This document shows positions 60,354-64,000 of a stretch of 64,000 nucleotides of DNA, piece by piece. Source of the DNA: Meiothermus sp. (GTDB taxonomy: Bacteria > Deinococcota > Deinococci > Deinococcales > Thermaceae); contig JANRLD010000070.1 in assembly GCA_033762915.1 (NCBI GenBank), forward strand, positions 1 through 64,000, written 5' to 3'. The notes below the pieces were generated by a model, which was not told the DNA's origin, did not search any database, and saw nothing but the letters and a program-made list of their open reading frames with translations. Within the stretch, counting starts at the first letter, position 1; the number at the start of each line of letters is the position of its first letter. The translations under genes and the position numbers were made by a program.

Positions 60354-62336
60354 ATGAATTTCAACCGTTTAAGGCAACTGGGTTTCTCGGCGCTGCTGCT
60401 GGCTCTTGCGGCGTGCGGGTCTTCGCCCACCGCATCCAACCCCCAGCCCCAGGTCAGCCCCACCCCCACGCCCCCTCCGCCCCCGCCCCCGGCAGTGGGC
60501 AGCTTCAGCCTGAGCACCCTCGAGACCCTGACCCTACAGCGGGGCAAAGGCGCGAACCTGACCGTGCTGCTGGCGCGCAACAGCTTCCCCTACCAGGTCA
60601 GCCTGACGCTCAAGAGCGCCCCGGCAGGCGTCGGCAGCGACCTGCCCAAGGTCAGCGCGGGCAACGAAGTGGGCCTAACCCTCGCAGTGTCCGCCGAGAC
60701 CGCCCTGGGTACGCACGACCTGGTGTTCGAGGCCGCCGGCAACGGCGTCACCAAGAGCGCCACCCTCAAGCTCACCGTCGAGGCGGCCGCCCCGCCCGCC
60801 CCGCACCCCAGCCCCACCATTGACTTGGTCAGGCTCGAGGGTCTCGGGGGCGGCAAGCAGGTACGCCAGGGCCACGGCAACATGGTGCTGGTGGTGGAGG
60901 GCAGGAACCTCTCGAGCGTTACCGCGGCGACCCTCGAGCGCAAGGAGGGGGCGAAGGGGGTCTCGGCCCTGGCAGTGACCCTGCCGGTGAGCATCCTCAG
61001 CAAGACCGACACCGCCCTTCGGCTGCAAGCCACCGTGGCTCACGGTGCACCGATCGGCGACTACGACATCGGCATCGTCAACGGCGCGGTGACCAAGGCG
61101 GACGCGGTGATGACGGTGACGGCCATCCGGGTGGCCCCCACGGGCAACGACGCCACGGGCCGGGGAACGTCCGAGTCGCCCTTCCGTAGCCTGACCAAGG
61201 CCGTCTCGGTGGCTACCAGCGCCGACCAGATCCTGCTGCGCCAGGGCGATTACAACATCGCAAACGGCGAGATTTTCCCGATTAACGTGGCGGGAATGAA
61301 CATCCAGGGCCAGGGAAAGCAAAACACCGTCCTCAGCGGGGTGGGCGGCAACTCAGACTGCTTGCAGGTGGTGGGCGTCGGGGCCAACACCCGCATAGCC
61401 AACCTCCAGGTGCGCGCCTGTGAAGAGGAGGGCATTCAGCTCGAGGACGGCACAACGGTCCTGGATCGGGTTGCACTGCAAGAGAACAAGGCGAACGGCC
61501 TGAGGCTGACGGGCACGGCCCAGGTCACCATCCTTGAGAGCGACTTTTACCTCAACACCGCCAACGGTATTTCCGCCCAGAACAGTGCCCAAATCGCCTT
61601 CGAGGGCAACCCGCAGAGCACGACGGTTAACAACGGCCAGAGCGGCATACAGCTGATCACCGGAGCGAAGCTGAGCGGGCGGAGGTTGCTGGCGAGCGGC
61701 AACACCCTCGGCCTACGGCTGGCAGGCTCCCAGGTGACGGTCGCGTTACAGGACAGCACTCTCACCCAAAACACCAGCCACGGCATCTGGGTGCAGAACG
61801 CTCAGGAAGTCCAGCTCCAGAGCGTTAGCGTGCTCAACAGCGGAAGCCGCGGCATCTATGTCAACGGCAACGCCTCGCTGGAGCTGAGGGGGGTAGAGAT
61901 CGCACATAGCGGGGGCGACGGCATCAACATTGACGCAAGCGCGAGCGAACTGATCGAGCTGCGCCTGGACACGGTGCGGGTGCGCGGCAGCGGGGAGAGC
62001 GGCATCGAGTACCGCTCGGCCAACCCCGCCGGCAGGCTCTGGATGACCGAGAGCGACATCGCCGACAACGACACCTACGGCCTCTACATCGCGGGCGTGC
62101 CCAGCAACATCAATCTGGGCCAACTGATGCCCGCCAACAACCGCATTTTTGAGAACGGCAACACCGCTCTGGTGGACGCCCGGGCCGCAGGGACAGGCTC
62201 CATACCCGCCAACGGCACCGACTTCATGGTGGCAGGCGCCCTGGTCAACGTTTCAGGGAATAAGGCCGGGCCGGACAGCCAACTGCCCCTGTGGCAGGTC
62301 GTCAACGCGGGCAACAGCATCAACTTCGGCCCCTAG
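60354..62336 (+). CDS. Lipoprotein with DUF1565-like/right-handed beta-helix region
   Basis: Lipobox LAAC, Pro linker, GNDATGRGTSESPFRSLTKA, repeated GI units. Confidence 0.85.
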   Translation: MNFNRLRQLGFSALLLALAACGSSPTASNPQPQVSPTPTPPPPPPPAVGSFSLSTLETLTLQRGKGANLTVLLARNSFPYQVSLTLKSAPAGVGSDLPKVSAGNEVGLTLAVSAETALGTHDLVFEAAGNGVTKSATLKLTVEAAAPPAPHPSPTIDLVRLEGLGGGKQVRQGHGNMVLVVEGRNLSSVTAATLERKEGAKGVSALAVTLPVSILSKTDTALRLQATVAHGAPIGDYDIGIVNGAVTKADAVMTVTAIRVAPTGNDATGRGTSESPFRSLTKAVSVATSADQILLRQGDYNIANGEIFPINVAGMNIQGQGKQNTVLSGVGGNSDCLQVVGVGANTRIANLQVRACEEEGIQLEDGTTVLDRVALQENKANGLRLTGTAQVTILESDFYLNTANGISAQNSAQIAFEGNPQSTTVNNGQSGIQLITGAKLSGRRLLASGNTLGLRLAGSQVTVALQDSTLTQNTSHGIWVQNAQEVQLQSVSVLNSGSRGIYVNGNASLELRGVEIAHSGGDGINIDASASELIELRLDTVRVRGSGESGIEYRSANPAGRLWMTESDIADNDTYGLYIAGVPSNINLGQLMPANNRIFENGNTALVDARAAGTGSIPANGTDFMVAGALVNVSGNKAGPDSQLPLWQVVNAGNSINFGP

Positions 62337-62457
62337 ACCAAGCACTTGCGAGCGTGTGGCGCAAGGACTTGCCGCCTCCACCTTACCCGCAAATCCTTCG
62401 TCGACCCTGATACGGCTTAGGGCAACCCCAAAGTGGCCCCCGAGATGTCAAACTTCA

Positions 62458-62503
62458 GCGGACTTCAGTCTCCACTCGGCAACATCTTGGGGCTGAAGTC
62501 CGC
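62458..62503. repeat. REP-like hairpin GCGGACTTCAG...CTGAAGTCCGC
   Basis: 11-bp inverted repeat; related motif near 7347 and 5725. Confidence 0.6.
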
Positions 62504-62564
62504 CCCCGCCACGTTTTCTGGAGATTTCCAGATCAACCGACGAACCACTTCAACAGGAGTACTC

Positions 62565-62930
62565 ATGACCCCCACAGCTTCCCTCTACGAAACCCTCGGC
62601 GGCAAAGCAGCCATCGGCGCGGTGGTGGACGACTTCTACAGGCGTGTTCTGGCCGACCCCGCCTTAGCGCACCGCTTCGCGCAGACCGAGATGGACAAGC
62701 AGCGCAAGCACCTCGCGGCCTTCATGGCCCTGGCACTGGGCGGCCCCGACGAGTACGCCGGGCGCAGCATGGAGAAAGCCCACGCCGGACTAAACATCAC
62801 CCGGGCCGAGTTCGGCGCGGTGGCGGGGCACCTGGTGCAAACCCTGCGGGCCCTCGGAGTGCCCCAAGCGCACATCGACAGCGTAATCGGCCGGGTGGCG
62901 GGCCTCGAGAGCGGTATTGTAGGAAAGTAG
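62565..62930 (+). CDS. Group 1 truncated haemoglobin
   Basis: LYETLGG, FYRRV, LGGP, AH proximal His. Confidence 0.95.
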   Translation: MTPTASLYETLGGKAAIGAVVDDFYRRVLADPALAHRFAQTEMDKQRKHLAAFMALALGGPDEYAGRSMEKAHAGLNITRAEFGAVAGHLVQTLRALGVPQAHIDSVIGRVAGLESGIVGK

Positions 62931-62946
62931 CTCTCAGGAGGTAGCC

Positions 62947-63393
62947 ATGAGCGAAGTTCACTACACACGCCTCGGCAAGGACGACCTCGAGCTGGCCCGC
63001 CAGATCATCGTCACGATCGCGGAGGTCTTCGGGGAGCCCTACGCTCGGGTGAGCCACAGCTACCTCGAGAACCTCCTGAGCCGCCCCGACTTTTGGATCA
63101 TCGCTGCGCTGGACGGGGACAAGGCGGTGGGTGGGCTGAGCGCCTATACCCTGACCATGACCCGCACCGAGTCCGCCGAGGTGTTCATCTACGACCTCGC
63201 GGTTCGCGAAGACCAGCAGCGCCGTGGCATTGGGCGCGGGTTGATGGGGGCGCTGATCGAGGCCGCGCGGGCCGAAGGGATTGAGACCGTCTTCGTGCCC
63301 GCGGACAACGAGGACCTGCACGCCCTCGAGTTCTACCGGGCCGTAGGCGGGGCCCCCCAGCCGGTGACCTTCTTCAACTTCGGCGCCGATTAG
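62947..63393 (+). CDS. GNAT acetyltransferase, AAC(3)-I-like
   Basis: IYDLAV...RRGIG and FVPADNED...FY. Confidence 0.85.
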   Translation: MSEVHYTRLGKDDLELARQIIVTIAEVFGEPYARVSHSYLENLLSRPDFWIIAALDGDKAVGGLSAYTLTMTRTESAEVFIYDLAVREDQQRRGIGRGLMGALIEAARAEGIETVFVPADNEDLHALEFYRAVGGAPQPVTFFNFGAD

Positions 63394-63466
63394 GCCCTTC
63401 AGGACAGGGTTGAACGCTTTTGAACGCCGATACTCTAGGGTTAAGAGGACACGCGGGGAGGCCAGC

Positions 63467-63835
63467 ATGGGCACACAGACCACATCCCTATACCAGACCC
63501 TGGGCGGCCAGGCGGCGATCGAGTCAGTGGTGGCGGAGTTCTACCGGCGGGTGCTCGAGGACCCCCGCATCAACCACTACTTCCTCAGGGTAGACATGGA
63601 GAAGCTGCACGCACACCAGACCGCGTTCGTGGCCCACCTGCTGGGGGGCCCCCACGCTTACATGGGCCGCGACATGGCCGAGGCCCACGTCGAGCTCCAC
63701 CTCAGCAAGTCCGACTTCGACGCGGTGGCCGGGCACATGGTGGCGGCCCTCGAGCGCCATGCGGTATCGCAAGTCCACATCGACGCGGTGATCAGCAAGA
63801 TCGCGGCCCTCGAGCGCGAGATCGTCCACAAGTAG
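63467..63835 (+). CDS. Group 1 truncated haemoglobin
   Basis: LYQTLGG, FYRRV, LGGP, AH. Confidence 0.95.
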   Translation: MGTQTTSLYQTLGGQAAIESVVAEFYRRVLEDPRINHYFLRVDMEKLHAHQTAFVAHLLGGPHAYMGRDMAEAHVELHLSKSDFDAVAGHMVAALERHAVSQVHIDAVISKIAALEREIVHK

Positions 63836-64000
63836 CCCCTCCAGGGCCACCGAACATCGCAGGCCCAGAGCGGCACTGTGTGAAACGGCGCAGAAACCCG
63901 CGCGAACGCGATAAGGTCTGCAGAGGGCTCCCCACAGTGTTTTAGGTCTAAACTTAGCACAGCGGCCACAACTCGAGGTTCCCTGCCGATGAGCCACCTG

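Noticed and set aside
63870..63990. Possible structured RNA (CACTGTG...CACAGTG stem, GGTCTAA)
   Set aside because: No full riboswitch consensus, and downstream context is outside the window

Overview
GC-rich bacterial chromosome segment. Gene content (HerA/NurA, AddA, AmpT-type aminopeptidase, many apparently leaderless genes) and a strong excess of CTCGAG suggest a Meiothermus-like member of Deinococcus-Thermus; this is inference. Positions 1-3414 are the end of an integrated element: a tyrosine integrase, an XRE repressor and a family-A-polymerase-like protein that appears truncated. The element abuts a tRNA gene of which only the 5' half is present. The rest is mostly core or accessory host DNA: ybaB-recR, two roadblock genes with a DUF3467-like gene, bcp, ppa, a MoxR-DUF58-2xVWA operon, a TetR/MDR islet, a Doc toxin-antitoxin pair coupled to addA, htrA, fasciclin/DUF4397 genes behind a CarH/LitR-like operator, rpsA, a degenerate PilT, a GGDEF protein, nurA-herA, gatC-serS, a peptide ABC transporter, a PLP decarboxylase, mnmD and two truncated haemoglobins around an AAC(3)-I-like GNAT. 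Intergenic DNA carries several families of miniature repeats and many 7-bp-periodic tracts, some lying in frame within genes. No CRISPR array or rRNA was seen. All family calls come from motif recognition, not database searches.
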